This document shows, piece by piece, positions 41,850 to 51,935 of a stretch of DNA of 64,000 bases; the first letter of the stretch is position 1; every line of letters begins with the position of its first letter. Source of the DNA: Candidatus Roizmanbacteria bacterium RIFCSPLOWO2_01_FULL_37_12 (lineage in GTDB: Bacteria; Patescibacteriota; Microgenomatia; UBA1406; GWC2-37-13); assembly GCA_001789645.1 (NCBI GenBank), contig MGAG01000003.1:7843-71842 (forward strand), in the 5' to 3' direction. Position numbers and translations under genes: made by a program. Below the pieces are notes generated by a model. The model did no database searches. It saw only the letters and a list, made by a program, of their open reading frames with translations, and had not been told where the DNA came from.

Positions 41850-42638
41850 TCAACCTTCAAGTCGGGCAAATTTACCTAAATCTTTAGATTTGTTGAACAT
41901 AAGTTTGAAAAAGTAGATAGCTAGAAGGAAAAAAATTAAATTGAGTATAAAGGCAATGAATAGATTTGACCATGCTGTAGCTTTATTTTCTAAATTATAT
42001 CTGGCTGCTTCAAAAATATAGGTGGGAGGAAAAAAATAAGCCAAACTTCTAAATGGTTCAGGTAATACTCGTACAGGATAAATTACTGCCATGAGAGGCT
42101 GGAACACAGTCAATAATCCCCAGGTAAAAGCCTGGATTTTTGTTCCAAATCGAAATAATAAACCCAAAACAATTATTCCGAAAGAAATAGCAAAAAAGGC
42201 TAAATTTACAAATATCAATAAGAGGTTGGCCAATCCTAAAGATAAAATATTGAATTTGAACACAAAATAAGCGAGTAGACTTGCCAATATCATAATAATG
42301 ATAGCTTTGACAACTCCTGATAATGAATAAGCCGTAAAATATTCCCCGATTGAAATTGGGGTTATAAAAATATTTGTCAGATTTCGGGCCCAAATATCCC
42401 AAAGACAACCGATAGAAATCGAGTACTGAACTAAATTGACAATCTGCCAGAGAATAATTCCCAGCAGAACATTTTTACCAATAATTTGGTCGCCACTTCC
42501 GACTATATAGATGGTCATGAATCCAAAAATAATTATCGACCACAAAGGATATAAAAATAAATCATTTATTAATTCGTATGAGTGCTTGGTGATATATAAT
42601 TCGTGAGCTAATATGGCTCTAATTCTTTTTAAAGACAT
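41850..42638 (-). CDS. ABC-2-type transporter permease
   Basis: 6 TM segments downstream of an ABC ATPase. The start is preferred at MSLKRIRAIL (42638); the listed ORF extends to 42671. Confidence 0.75.
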   Translation of the reverse strand: MSLKRIRAILAHELYITKHSYELINDLFLYPLWSIIIFGFMTIYIVGSGDQIIGKNVLLGIILWQIVNLVQYSISIGCLWDIWARNLTNIFITPISIGEYFTAYSLSGVVKAIIIMILASLLAYFVFKFNILSLGLANLLLIFVNLAFFAISFGIIVLGLLFRFGTKIQAFTWGLLTVFQPLMAVIYPVRVLPEPFRSLAYFFPPTYIFEAARYNLENKATAWSNLFIAFILNLIFFLLAIYFFKLMFNKSKDLGKFARLEG

Positions 42639-43581
42639 GGCGATTTCCTCTGGCAATTTGTAAAAACACATCGTCTAAAGTAGGCTTCTGCAATTCTATA
42701 TCAGTTACCCAAATATTGGTTTTACTTACACCGTAAATTACTTTTGGTATATCTTTTTCATTTACTTCTAATTCGATCCGGTTGTTTTTTTTAAAAATAT
42801 GGATTAACTTTTTTTCTTTAACATAAGCTTCGATCAAAGCTTTTTCAGTACTGTATGTAAGAACCACCTTGGCTGTTTCTATTCGTTTTGTTAAACCCAC
42901 AGGCGTATCCTGAGCAACGATTTTACCCCGATCTAGAAAAATTACTCTATCGCAAATTCTAGTTACCTCTGTCATATTATGGCTTGTATATAAAATTGAT
43001 AGTTTTTTGTCCGTTTTTAATTTTTCAATTAAATACAAGGTCTTATCGGCAATATCAGGATCCAAGGAAGCAGTCGGCTCATCCATTAAGATTATTTTCG
43101 GGTCATTAAGTAAAGCTTTTATAAAGTTCACCCTGGTTCTTTGACCGGAAGAGAGTTCCCAATAAATTTTATTCAACAAATCTTTTGCGTCAAAATACTC
43201 GACCAGTTCCTTTATTTTTTTATAAGGATTAGACACTTCGTAAAGATAACTAAATACCAGAAGATTTTCCTTGACTGTGTTTCTTCCTTGAAGAGTGTTG
43301 AATGCTGAAGTGAAATTAATTTTTTTCAAACAGTCTTTTGGCAGCTTGAAAAAATTCATATCAAAGTATTCAATTGTTCCAGAAGTAGGTGTTGTTATTC
43401 CAAGCAGTATTTGGATAGTTGTAGTTTTTCCGGCGCCGTTTGGACCAAGTAAACCCAATATTTCTCCCTCCTTAAGATTAAAGGAAATTTTATCTACGGC
43501 AGTAAAATAACCTCGCCCAAAGGGCGATCGACCTTTGGTCGAGAATTTTTTGCTTAAGTTTTTAGCTTGCAGAACATCCAT
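42619..43581 (-). CDS. ABC transporter ATP-binding protein
   Basis: Walker A GPNGAGKTT, signature LSSGQRTR and Walker B ILMDEPTASLD. Confidence 0.9.
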   Translation of the reverse strand: MDVLQAKNLSKKFSTKGRSPFGRGYFTAVDKISFNLKEGEILGLLGPNGAGKTTTIQILLGITTPTSGTIEYFDMNFFKLPKDCLKKINFTSAFNTLQGRNTVKENLLVFSYLYEVSNPYKKIKELVEYFDAKDLLNKIYWELSSGQRTRVNFIKALLNDPKIILMDEPTASLDPDIADKTLYLIEKLKTDKKLSILYTSHNMTEVTRICDRVIFLDRGKIVAQDTPVGLTKRIETAKVVLTYSTEKALIEAYVKEKKLIHIFKKNNRIELEVNEKDIPKVIYGVSKTNIWVTDIELQKPTLDDVFLQIARGNRHVFKKN

Positions 43582-43647
43582 GAAGTTTATTATAACTTAT
43601 CACGTAACAGGAGTTTTGTGAATGTTTGAAGTCATTATTTTACTGTT

Positions 43648-43739
43648 GTCATGTTGAACTTGTTTCAACATCTGTTTTTTAACTTTTTAAAAAACTAAAG
43701 TTTACTAAAAATCAGATCCTGAAATAAATTCAGGATGAC
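43648..43739 (+). repeat. Family-A element, copy A8 (long spacer)
   Basis: GTCATGTTGAACTTGTTTCAACATC, a 42-nt spacer, then GATCCTGAAATAAATTCAGGATGAC. Confidence 0.85.
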
Positions 43740-43797
43740 ATAATGTGTGATAAAGTTTATCAAAAACCAAAAAATCTTATGAAGTGTTAATTTTCTG

Positions 43798-43971
43798 CTA
43801 ATATTCAGTAGGTTTTAAGTATTCTATGCGCTTCATTAATTTATCCCATCTTTTATCAATTTCTTGCGATTCCTTTTTCCATTTTTTATTTTGCGCTTTA
43901 ACTTCAGCAATTTTTCTATCCATATCAATTTCCCATGCTGCTTTTTTTGAACTTATTTTTTTATTTTTCAT
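43798..43971 (-). CDS. Small Lys-rich ORF (57 aa) below the track threshold
   Basis: Own translation: MKNKKISSKKAAWEIDMDRKIAEVKAQNKKWKKESQEIDKRWDKLMKRIEYLKPTEY. Coiled-coil-like; no other support. Confidence 0.25.
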   Translation of the reverse strand: MKNKKISSKKAAWEIDMDRKIAEVKAQNKKWKKESQEIDKRWDKLMKRIEYLKPTEY

Positions 43972-44057
43972 AACCTCATGATAACAAACAATAAGTTTCT
44001 GTCAAACGAAATTAACTCCCAGATGATTATAAAAGATTCTTCGACTAATAATTTAAC

Positions 44058-45275
44058 ATGCTGAAAAATGTGTCTAGGCGCCTTCTCCAGATTCCCGAAA
44101 GTCCCATACGCAAACTGGTGCCTTACGCAACAAATGCCATTAAAAAAGGCATCAAAGTCTACTATTTTAATATCGGTGATCCGGATATAGAAACGCCGGA
44201 AATTATGCTTGAGGTCTTGACCAACTGGAAGCAAAAAACCATCACCTACTCAAGATCCCACGGCGAACCAACCCTGCTTGATTCACTCAAGGCTTACTAT
44301 AACAAACTCGGACATACTTCAATCAATATCAACAATTTGGTTGTCACGCTAGGCGGCTCAGAGGCAATTTCAATGGCATTTCTGGCAACTACCGAAGTCG
44401 GTGACGAAATACTTACCTTCGAACCTTTTTATACCAACTACAACTCCTATGCGGCTGTAAACGGAGTCAAAATTGTTCCCGTCAAAACTTCTGCCAAGGA
44501 CGGTTTTCACTTTCCTCCTCAACAGGTAATTGAAAAAAAAATATCATCAAAAACCAAAGCGATATTATTTTGCAACCCAAATAATCCTACAGGAACAGTC
44601 TATAGCCAAAAAGAAATCAATACCTTAGTCAGCATTGCCAAAAAGCATAATTTATTTATCATAGCAGACGAGGTTTATCGCGAGTTTGTCTTTGATAAGC
44701 GAAAGCATTTCTCAATACTCAATTATCTTTCTGAAATCCCAAAGCAAATTATTTTAGTCGATAGTCTATCTAAGCGTTACAGCCTTTGCGGAGCCCGCGT
44801 CGGAGTTCTATGTTCCCTGAATAAGCAAATAATTGATGGCGCAATGCGTATTGCCCAAGGCAGACTGTCTGCCGGACTGATCGACCAGTTGATGGCCAGC
44901 AAACTGTCAAAAGTACCGGAATCTTATTTCAAAAAAGTCCACCTGGAATATCAAAATCGCCGTAACACCCTTTACCGGGGGCTTTTATCGATCCCCGGCG
45001 TATCCGTGCCAAATCCTGAAGGTGCTTTTTACTGCATTGTTGATTTGCCCGTAAAAAACAGCGAAGACTTCTGCAAATTCCTGCTTACCGACTTTAATCT
45101 AAAAGGAGAAACAATAATGATTGCTCCTGCTGCCGGATTTTATGCAACGCCGGGATTAGGCAGGAATCAGGTTCGGATTGCCTATGTATTAAAGGTCGAA
45201 TATATAAAAAAATTAATCGAAATTCTCCGGCAGGCACTTCCCGCTTATAACAATAAACTAAAGAGTAGGGGATAA
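44058..45275 (+). CDS. Class I/II PLP-dependent aminotransferase (AspC/AlaA-like)
   Basis: NIGDPD, NPNNPTG and SLSKRYSLCGARVG (PLP lysine). Confidence 0.85.
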   Translation: MLKNVSRRLLQIPESPIRKLVPYATNAIKKGIKVYYFNIGDPDIETPEIMLEVLTNWKQKTITYSRSHGEPTLLDSLKAYYNKLGHTSININNLVVTLGGSEAISMAFLATTEVGDEILTFEPFYTNYNSYAAVNGVKIVPVKTSAKDGFHFPPQQVIEKKISSKTKAILFCNPNNPTGTVYSQKEINTLVSIAKKHNLFIIADEVYREFVFDKRKHFSILNYLSEIPKQIILVDSLSKRYSLCGARVGVLCSLNKQIIDGAMRIAQGRLSAGLIDQLMASKLSKVPESYFKKVHLEYQNRRNTLYRGLLSIPGVSVPNPEGAFYCIVDLPVKNSEDFCKFLLTDFNLKGETIMIAPAAGFYATPGLGRNQVRIAYVLKVEYIKKLIEILRQALPAYNNKLKSRG

Positions 45276-45678
45276 AGAGCATAATAACAACAAAAACTTC
45301 TGAGTCATTTCCCCGAATTTAATCTTATAGTATTGAAAAAGAGTGGTTTATACTTCGAGCGGTTAGTCGAGAAGTATTGTTCTCGACAAGCTCGAACAAT
45401 AAAATTATTTATCAGAAATTAGATTTATTATAATTTGGAAATTTAATGGACTTCTCTTTCGTCAGCCACGGTTGACGTCGTAAAAGATACAATTTACGAC
45501 GTTATAAACCTATCTTCCCTCCGGGAACTATATCCGTTTTTTTGCTTATAATTAAAACTTTCCATTTTTATCTCCAAACCATTTGGAGAAGAGAATGCTT
45601 TAATTAACACGCGAATTAATTTCCCGACGACCTACACTAATGTTGCTTAATTTTCAGTAATTACTCAGAATCTAAGTA

Positions 45679-45704
45679 GATCCGTTCGATTAACTCAGGA
45701 TGAC
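45679..45704 (+). repeat. Degenerate solo family-A half-site
   Basis: GATCCGTTCGATTAACTCAGGATGAC keeps the ..CAGGATGAC terminus, but the stem is eroded. Confidence 0.4.
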
Positions 45705-45730
45705 AAACAATAGAGGTTAATGTTTATCAA

Positions 45731-45939
45731 TTTAGAGCTAAATAACGGCCTAAAATCTCACTTTTGAGGCTAAAATACCGGTATTCGGTAATTGAAATAT
45801 TAAGGAGATTTAGAGCATAATAACTGGCTAAACTTTAATTTTCGAGGCTAAATACTTAAATATTATATTAAGGGCCATTATATTAATTAGAGCATAATAA
45901 CAGTCTAAAACATTATTTTTAATTAGTTTAGACTGTTAT
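45731..45939 (+). repeat. Degenerate tandem repeat with a period of about 78 bp (2.5 units), ending in a 13-bp-stem hairpin
   Basis: Units start with TTTAGAGC(T/A)(A/T)AATAAC at 45731, 45809 and 45888. The hairpin is ATAACAGTCTAAA..TTTAGACTGTTAT (45897..45939). Confidence 0.75.
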
Positions 45940-46206
45940 ATCAACCCGAACAAAAATAATATAATTTAAAGTAATTATCGGCCCTCGCAGAGAGCCGAGC
46001 CGTTTGCAAACTGTTTAGTTTCGGACTGTAATAACGGTCTAAGTCTTATTTTTAGCCTTAAATTTTTAAAGATATACACATTATATGTCCTATAGTTTTA
46101 AATAAGTTTAAATTTATTATAGGACATATTATATACGATCGTGCACTTTACCCTCTCCTCCACCCTTCATCCCTGTTTAAAATATTTGGGACTCCGGAGG
46201 GAGAAT

Positions 46207-47037
46207 TTACCACCTTATAGAAAGAATTGTTAATCCCAAAACAATCAGCCAAACAGATACAAATTCTCGTACGGTTTCTTTAAACAGCCTCTGATCCAGG
46301 TGACTGTATATCAGACCCGACAAACTGTAATAGGAAGAAGCTAAAAAGAGGGCTAAAATAGTCGATTTTAAAGGAACAAACGAACCAATTAGCGCTAACT
46401 CACTTAAAAGAAGTCCGATCAAAAAAGCGTAGGCAATTGTTTTTTTATCGATTACCAAGTCTAATTTAACAGACCAAATCAGCTGAAAAGCCAACAATAC
46501 GGCTATTATAAAAACCGCTAGGGCATTAATAATAAAGTTGAGTTTAAAAGAAAAAAGCGCGTTGTTGAAAAGAAAAAATACCACGGCTTGGTAAAAAAAG
46601 TTTATCGAGAATGCGGCTCGGTACAACTGAAGACTTTTCTCTACTCCTACATTGAATATATTTGAACATAGCAAAACAGCATAAAAAGAGATTCCAAATA
46701 AAAACATAAACGGCAGGCGAGTTAACCATCTTACCGGAAAGAGAAAATAAAAAAAGTAAAATGAAACCGTGAGTATTATCGGCATCAGAAATAACGTAAA
46801 CCACTCTATTCCTTCGACCCCTTCCAAAATAGAAAAATAAGTAAACAAATATCCGAAAACCAAAAAAACGGCCAAGAAAATTAACGCTTTATCAAATAAA
46901 AAAAATGTAGATAATAGCATAAGAGAGCCCATTACAAGCGCACTGATCACAAATCTAAAGCGTTTTTCAATCTTTAGGGCTTTTTTTTGCAAAAATTCAC
47001 TAAATTTTTCCATTGCTGAAGACTTTTTGAACATCAT
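46207..47037 (-). CDS. Polytopic membrane protein (hypothetical)
   Basis: 276 aa with 7-8 hydrophobic helices. Its start overlaps the yebC-like stop. Confidence 0.5.
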   Translation of the reverse strand: MMFKKSSAMEKFSEFLQKKALKIEKRFRFVISALVMGSLMLLSTFFLFDKALIFLAVFLVFGYLFTYFSILEGVEGIEWFTLFLMPIILTVSFYFFYFLFPVRWLTRLPFMFLFGISFYAVLLCSNIFNVGVEKSLQLYRAAFSINFFYQAVVFFLFNNALFSFKLNFIINALAVFIIAVLLAFQLIWSVKLDLVIDKKTIAYAFLIGLLLSELALIGSFVPLKSTILALFLASSYYSLSGLIYSHLDQRLFKETVREFVSVWLIVLGLTILSIRW

Positions 47038-47719
47038 CCAAATTTTCTAAAGCATCAATTAAATCTACTACTTTTCTAGTAGTCTGTTCGTCACCTATTG
47101 ATATTTGTGAATTTGGCTTGTAATCAACCTCTATTCTCTGAGTTTTTAAATTACCTTTATACACATTGACTTTTCCCAGGTTTTCGTATGGAAAGTAAAC
47201 ACAATAATTTTCGCCGTATTTATCGAAATCAAAAGCATTAATTTTATCGGCAAATTCAAATATCGGCTTCTCCTCTGCTTCACTTAGTTTAAAAGTCACT
47301 AATCCGCATTTTTTAAAAAGATAGGATACCGAGTGTTGATCGCCAAGTTTTCCATTATGCAATTCCAAAATTTTTCTAACTTCGCCAAGCGTCCTGTTAA
47401 GATTGTCTGTTGTAGCCAAAATAATAAGCGAAATTCCTCCCGGTCCAAATGCTTCATAGATTACCTCCTTAAGCAGATGTCTATCCGGACCCGATCCTTT
47501 TTCGATGGCTCTTTCTATATTTTCTTTGGGAAAATTTAGGCTTTTAGCTTTTTCGATTGCTATTCGAAGTTTTATATTATTTTCAGGATCCGTAACTCCG
47601 CCTCCTTCTATAACCGCAAGCGTGATTAACCTGGCCAATTTTGAAAAAACATTACCTTTATTTTTATCCCTTATTCCTTTATCTCTTTTTATTTTTGACC
47701 ACTTGTTATGACCACTCAT
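47000..47719 (-). CDS. YebC/PmpR-family DNA-binding transcriptional regulator
   Basis: MSGHNKWSKIKRDKG is the canonical N-terminus. 239 aa. Confidence 0.92.
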   Translation of the reverse strand: MSGHNKWSKIKRDKGIRDKNKGNVFSKLARLITLAVIEGGGVTDPENNIKLRIAIEKAKSLNFPKENIERAIEKGSGPDRHLLKEVIYEAFGPGGISLIILATTDNLNRTLGEVRKILELHNGKLGDQHSVSYLFKKCGLVTFKLSEAEEKPIFEFADKINAFDFDKYGENYCVYFPYENLGKVNVYKGNLKTQRIEVDYKPNSQISIGDEQTTRKVVDLIDALENLDDVQKVFSNGKI

Positions 47720-47858
47720 ATTTACAAAACGAACGCTATAAAAAAATATTCGAATGATACGAATATACTAATACTGAACTTTATAATCTGAATTAAAATA
47801 TTTGCGGCATACGCATAAAGATTCGCATCATTCGTATTATATTCTGAGTTTATTATAC

Positions 47859-47888
47859 TTGACAATCAATTTTATTTACATATATACT
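47859..47888 (+). promoter_or_regulatory. Sigma-70-like promoter TTGACA-N18-TATACT upstream of the TPR gene
   Basis: A consensus -35 and a near-consensus -10, about 115 nt upstream of ATG 48003. Confidence 0.35.
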
Positions 47889-48002
47889 CGTCTTGTTGAT
47901 TTAATAATTAACCGAATTATTTAATCAACTTAGAAAGAGTTATACTCGAGCAAATTTATTTGCGAGTGGTATACTAGAAACCTGTTATTATTTTATAAGA
48001 CT

Positions 48003-48791
48003 ATGGAAAATATCGAGCAGCTGGAAAATCAAGCAATCAATGCGGCGGTTCATTTTAACTGGCCATTGGCTGTCGAGCTGAATGAAAAAATAATCAAACT
48101 CGATAAAAGAAATCTGGAAGCTTATTTGCGTTTGGGCTTTGCTTCAAGTCAATATCAAAAATTTACCGATGCAATAAACTTTTATAAAAAAGCTTTAAAA
48201 ATTCAACCCAACAGCAATATAGCCAAAGAAAACATCGAAAGGCTAAAAGTTTTGCAATCAAGAAACACTAAAAAAAGTAAAAAAACACCCGGGTATCTGG
48301 ATCCAAATTTATTTTTAGAAACACCGGGCAAGACAAAAAGTGTTGCCCTAGTCAATATCGGTCAAAAAAATATAATAGCCCAGCTAACGGTCGGACAGCA
48401 AATCGATCTAAAGTTTAAAAAAAGAAAAGTTGAAATAAGAACAAAAGAAAATGAGTATATTGGTACTCTTCCCGATGATTTGTCAAGAAGACTGCTTGTT
48501 TTTTTGAAAGCCAAAAGCAAATACTCCGTTTTCATAAAGGAAGCCGGTTTAAGTAAGGTGATTGTATTTATCCGGGAGGAAATTAAGGGTAAAAAAGTTC
48601 AGCAATATCTTTCTTTCCCGCAAAATATTCAGTCTCAAATCGGAGAAATGCAGAATGAAAAAGAAGGAGAAGCTGAATCAGAAGTCGAAGCTGAGGTTGA
48701 TTTGGAAAAATTAGCCGAATCTCTGGCTACCGAAGAAAAAGAATATCTCCCTTTCCATCCGGAAACCAATGAAGATGAAAATGAAGAATAA
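48003..48791 (+). CDS. TPR-repeat protein with acidic C-terminal tail
   Basis: The N-terminal ~90 aa show a TPR-like A/Y/L pattern (EAYLRLGFA..AINFYKKALKIQP). The C-terminal tail is Glu-rich. Confidence 0.55.
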   Translation: MENIEQLENQAINAAVHFNWPLAVELNEKIIKLDKRNLEAYLRLGFASSQYQKFTDAINFYKKALKIQPNSNIAKENIERLKVLQSRNTKKSKKTPGYLDPNLFLETPGKTKSVALVNIGQKNIIAQLTVGQQIDLKFKKRKVEIRTKENEYIGTLPDDLSRRLLVFLKAKSKYSVFIKEAGLSKVIVFIREEIKGKKVQQYLSFPQNIQSQIGEMQNEKEGEAESEVEAEVDLEKLAESLATEEKEYLPFHPETNEDENEE

Positions 48792-48792
48792 A

Positions 48793-48963
48793 TTAACTTT
48801 TGTAGTGTTTTATTTGTTCCTTGAAAAACATAATGGTCCCGCGAATTTTATTTACCCTGAATAATTTCCGTACCTCACTGGGAACCTCAAAATCGCTCAT
48901 CGAACGTAGAGTCAAGGTAAACGAAATAAATAAAATTAATCCTAGGACTAAAATAATAGTCAT
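48793..48963 (-). CDS. Small membrane-anchored ORF (56 aa) below the track threshold
   Basis: Own translation: MTIILVLGLILFISFTLTLRSMSDFEVPSEVRKLFRVNKIRGTIMFFKEQIKHYKS. It has an N-terminal TM helix. Confidence 0.25.
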   Translation of the reverse strand: MTIILVLGLILFISFTLTLRSMSDFEVPSEVRKLFRVNKIRGTIMFFKEQIKHYKS

Positions 48964-48968
48964 ATATC

Positions 48969-49100
48969 AAATAAGCAAATACTACAAATTGTTCAAATAA
49001 ACAAATAAATTTTCAAATGTTTGAATGATTTTATCATTAATTAATTCTTAATATTTTTACATTTATTTGCTTATTCAGTATTTGTTTATTGGTAGTATTC
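48969..49100. terminator. AT-rich imperfect inverted repeat at convergent gene ends (same family as 32094..32207)
   Basis: AATAAGCAAATACTACAAAT..AATAAACAAATAAA versus ATTTATTTGCTTATT..TTTGTTTATTGGTAGTATT. Confidence 0.4.
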
Positions 49101-50014
49101 TACTCTACCGCCCACTCCCCTTCCGCATTACCCAACTTTAATATTATATCGTACGCTTCAGTTTTACCCGCCGAGAGCTGACAACCGAAAAACCGACTGA
49201 TTGACTTAGCCGTCTCAGTATACTTTTCACTATCCTCAATTACTTTGCATTTTTTAATCCTTTCATCATTCTGATTCAAGTCCACCACTCTTATACCCTC
49301 CCCTTCCAATATTCGTCCAAGTTGCAAAGCAGTATTATAACTTCTCGTATACACAATTTGAACACTGCGGTTTTCTTTTCTATAGGTCGTTTTATATAAA
49401 ATACCTTGGAACGTCTCAAAAAAATCATTTGGAGAGAATGCTTTTCTGTTGCCCTGACTTTCAGTCGTAAGAGAATTAATGGTATTAAATTGACCTTTTG
49501 TTTTTCCCAAAAATTGGAGGTAGAGGTATATTCTGTCAAAAAAATGAGCGTTACTTTCGCCAAAAAATAACAAAGAAAATCTCGGAAGAGAAAAATCGCT
49601 GCTTTTCTTCCCGAAAAAAATTTCCATCTGGTCTACGGAAGCATTGGTATAAAAGTAATAATCGACTATACTGGAGGTTGCTACAGAATATGTCTTTTTA
49701 AATAAATCAGGATTCTTTTCCAAGCTGGCCAATTTGGCAAGCGCTCCCAGTCTGTAATAACCATACCCGCCCGGAACAACCATTTCAAGATCGGGATAAA
49801 AAGAGATAAAATAGTTTATCTTATCGGCCAATCCCAAGGAATAAAAAGCAATCTTGTCTTCGCTAAAAACCAGATTGATCCGGTCTTTTTTTTGAAAAAA
49901 AGCTGAGCTTCGCAAATTAAAAAATAAAAAATAAAATGTAAGAACGACAATTAAAAAGTAAAAAAGCTTCACACGACTTATTTTTTGTATTTTCTTTAAT
50001 TTTTCCTTTTTCAT
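49100..50014 (-). CDS. Membrane-anchored LytR/CpsA/Psr (LCP)-like protein with LytR_C-like C-terminus
   Basis: N-terminal TM helix. The central region loosely resembles LCP, and the C-terminal VQIVYTRSYNTALQLGRILEGEGIRVV resembles LytR_C. The resemblance is weak. Confidence 0.4.
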   Translation of the reverse strand: MKKEKLKKIQKISRVKLFYFLIVVLTFYFLFFNLRSSAFFQKKDRINLVFSEDKIAFYSLGLADKINYFISFYPDLEMVVPGGYGYYRLGALAKLASLEKNPDLFKKTYSVATSSIVDYYFYTNASVDQMEIFFGKKSSDFSLPRFSLLFFGESNAHFFDRIYLYLQFLGKTKGQFNTINSLTTESQGNRKAFSPNDFFETFQGILYKTTYRKENRSVQIVYTRSYNTALQLGRILEGEGIRVVDLNQNDERIKKCKVIEDSEKYTETAKSISRFFGCQLSAGKTEAYDIILKLGNAEGEWAVE

Positions 50015-50032
50015 TTTTCATTATTAAATTTC

Positions 50033-51757
50033 TTAAATCATTCCGTGTTCTATTTTTAGTCTTTTTATTTTTCTGGCAATTTCTTCCCTATCTAATCCTT
50101 TCCATAAAAGCGTTCTTCTAACAATAGAAAGAGAGGCTTCAAATTCGGGCTGAACAACCACTTCCACCCCCAAGTCTCTCATTCTACGCCGGTCCGCTTC
50201 TGAATGTACTCTGGTAAAAATTACAATCTTCGGATTGAGTTTTTTTGCATTAAAGATAATCATCTCCTGAGAAAAACTTTCGGGAACGGCTGAAATAAGA
50301 ATACTGGCCGCCTCGCCTTCTACATAATCCAAAACATCCAAATCTGTCGGATCGCCGTAAATAACATTGACTCCTTCTTTTTTTGCCTTCTCAACGGTAT
50401 GAAAATTATAATCTACTGCCACAAAAGGAATATTTGCCAGAGTTAAGGCTCTACCTATATAGCTTCCCACCCTTCCATATCCGCAGATGATCACGTGATT
50501 TTTCAAGGGTAAGACATCTATATTCGGTATTTCCCGGTCAAATTTATAAACAATATAGCGTTCTAAAAAATTAAGATATTTTTTAATAAACGAACGGATC
50601 TTCAGGTAAAAAACGTCTTTTTTTGATATGAAAAAGGGGGTAAGAAGAAGCGTCAGCAAAACCACACTCAAGGCAAAGTTATATGATTCTTGTCGAACGG
50701 CTCCGGATGATAATCCCTGAAAGATCAAAATGAAGGCGTCTTCTCCGATCTGAAAAAGAAAAACGGCAAGTCCAAATGCAGTGCGGGTGTGAAATCTGAA
50801 AAATAAATATATACCCACAACAGTCACCATCTTAATTAAGATAATCAAACAGACAAAAGCTAGAATCGGCAAGAAGTTATTCAGAACAAATCCAAGTTCT
50901 AGAGACAGACCTAGGAAAACAAAAAAGACAATCACTAGAATATCTCGCAAAGGCCGGACTTGTGAAAATATATGATAATGTTCAAATGTCTGACCAAGAA
51001 GTATACCCGCGATAAATGCTGCTAAAAGGCTGGACAGTCCGAAAAAAGAGAAAAAAGCGAGGGAGGCAACGATAAAAACAACAATAAAAAAATTCAATAT
51101 TTCCCTCGATACTTTTGCTATTTTATTAAAAACCATCGGAATTATTTTTTGCCCGATATAATAGACTATTCCTAAGACAACCGCGGCTTTACCTACGTTA
51201 AGTAAAACAGTCTGAAACACCTCCCAGGTCGATGAACCTTTGCCAAATGAGGACAAAACAATCAGAATCGGAATAAATGCCAAGTCCTGAAATATGAGGA
51301 CACCTATTGCAATTCCGCCCAGAAGCGAATTTTCCTCTCCTTTATCTTGGATAATTTTGGAAACAACGGCAGTAGACGATAAAGCAAAGGCAAATCCGAA
51401 AAAAACCGATTCAACAACGGAAAAACGAAACAAATATGATATGAAAAAAATAAAAACCGCGCTTATACCGATCTGTAATAAACCGCCAAGTATCACAAAC
51501 TTGCCGAATCTCTGCAGACTGGCGAAGTTTGTCTCAAGACCGATCGTAAAAATAAGCAGAACCAAACCCAGTATTGAAAAATTATTAATAAAGGCTTTGG
51601 GCAACCTGTCTCCTACCAATAGGTGTAAAAAAATACCCCCGATTATATAACCGATAATCGGTGATAATCTGTATTTAACAGCCAAATACCCGCCTAATAG
51701 TGGAAATAGCAAAAAAATTAAAGCCTCAAAAAGAAGATTAAAGGGAATATCGGTCAT
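50033..51757 (-). CDS. CPA2-family cation:proton antiporter (Kef-type) with C-terminal RCK/TrkA-N domain
   Basis: About 12 TM segments followed by VIICGYGRVGSYIGRAL (GxGxxG Rossmann). Confidence 0.88.
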   Translation of the reverse strand: MTDIPFNLLFEALIFLLFPLLGGYLAVKYRLSPIIGYIIGGIFLHLLVGDRLPKAFINNFSILGLVLLIFTIGLETNFASLQRFGKFVILGGLLQIGISAVFIFFISYLFRFSVVESVFFGFAFALSSTAVVSKIIQDKGEENSLLGGIAIGVLIFQDLAFIPILIVLSSFGKGSSTWEVFQTVLLNVGKAAVVLGIVYYIGQKIIPMVFNKIAKVSREILNFFIVVFIVASLAFFSFFGLSSLLAAFIAGILLGQTFEHYHIFSQVRPLRDILVIVFFVFLGLSLELGFVLNNFLPILAFVCLIILIKMVTVVGIYLFFRFHTRTAFGLAVFLFQIGEDAFILIFQGLSSGAVRQESYNFALSVVLLTLLLTPFFISKKDVFYLKIRSFIKKYLNFLERYIVYKFDREIPNIDVLPLKNHVIICGYGRVGSYIGRALTLANIPFVAVDYNFHTVEKAKKEGVNVIYGDPTDLDVLDYVEGEAASILISAVPESFSQEMIIFNAKKLNPKIVIFTRVHSEADRRRMRDLGVEVVVQPEFEASLSIVRRTLLWKGLDREEIARKIKRLKIEHGMI

Positions 51758-51840
51758 ATTAGACAGTATACATGAGCTTTTATCTTATGCGATACGTTCA
51801 TTAGGTAGAGCAGGATTCAAGTTGTAGCCTTGAAGTATAT

Positions 51841-51935
51841 AAAAAATTAAAAATAAAAAATCAAAATTACAATGCAAAATGCAAATTTTTTAACTTTGAT
51901 ATGTCGTTTTGATCTTTGATATTTAATATTTGATT
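51841..51935. repeat. AT-rich element: A-rich arm plus four TTTGAT-type heptamers (51908..51935)
   Basis: AAAAAATTAAAAATAAAAAATCAAAATT... then TTTGATC TTTGATA TTTAATA TTTGATT. It abuts the dksA-like stop. Confidence 0.75.

Noticed and set aside
45731-46060. Possible CRISPR array, because of repeated TTAGAGCATAATAAC-like units at a spacing of about 78 bp.
   Set aside because: Only 2-3 units are present and they differ from one another at many positions. The similarity extends through the would-be spacers, which makes it a tandem repeat rather than a repeat/spacer structure. No cas genes are in the window.
45276-46206. Chromosomal replication origin (oriC).
   Set aside because: I could not find clear TTATCCACA-type DnaA boxes by eye, and neither dnaA nor dnaN is adjacent. 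It cannot be excluded without skew analysis, so it is reported only as an iteron-like region.
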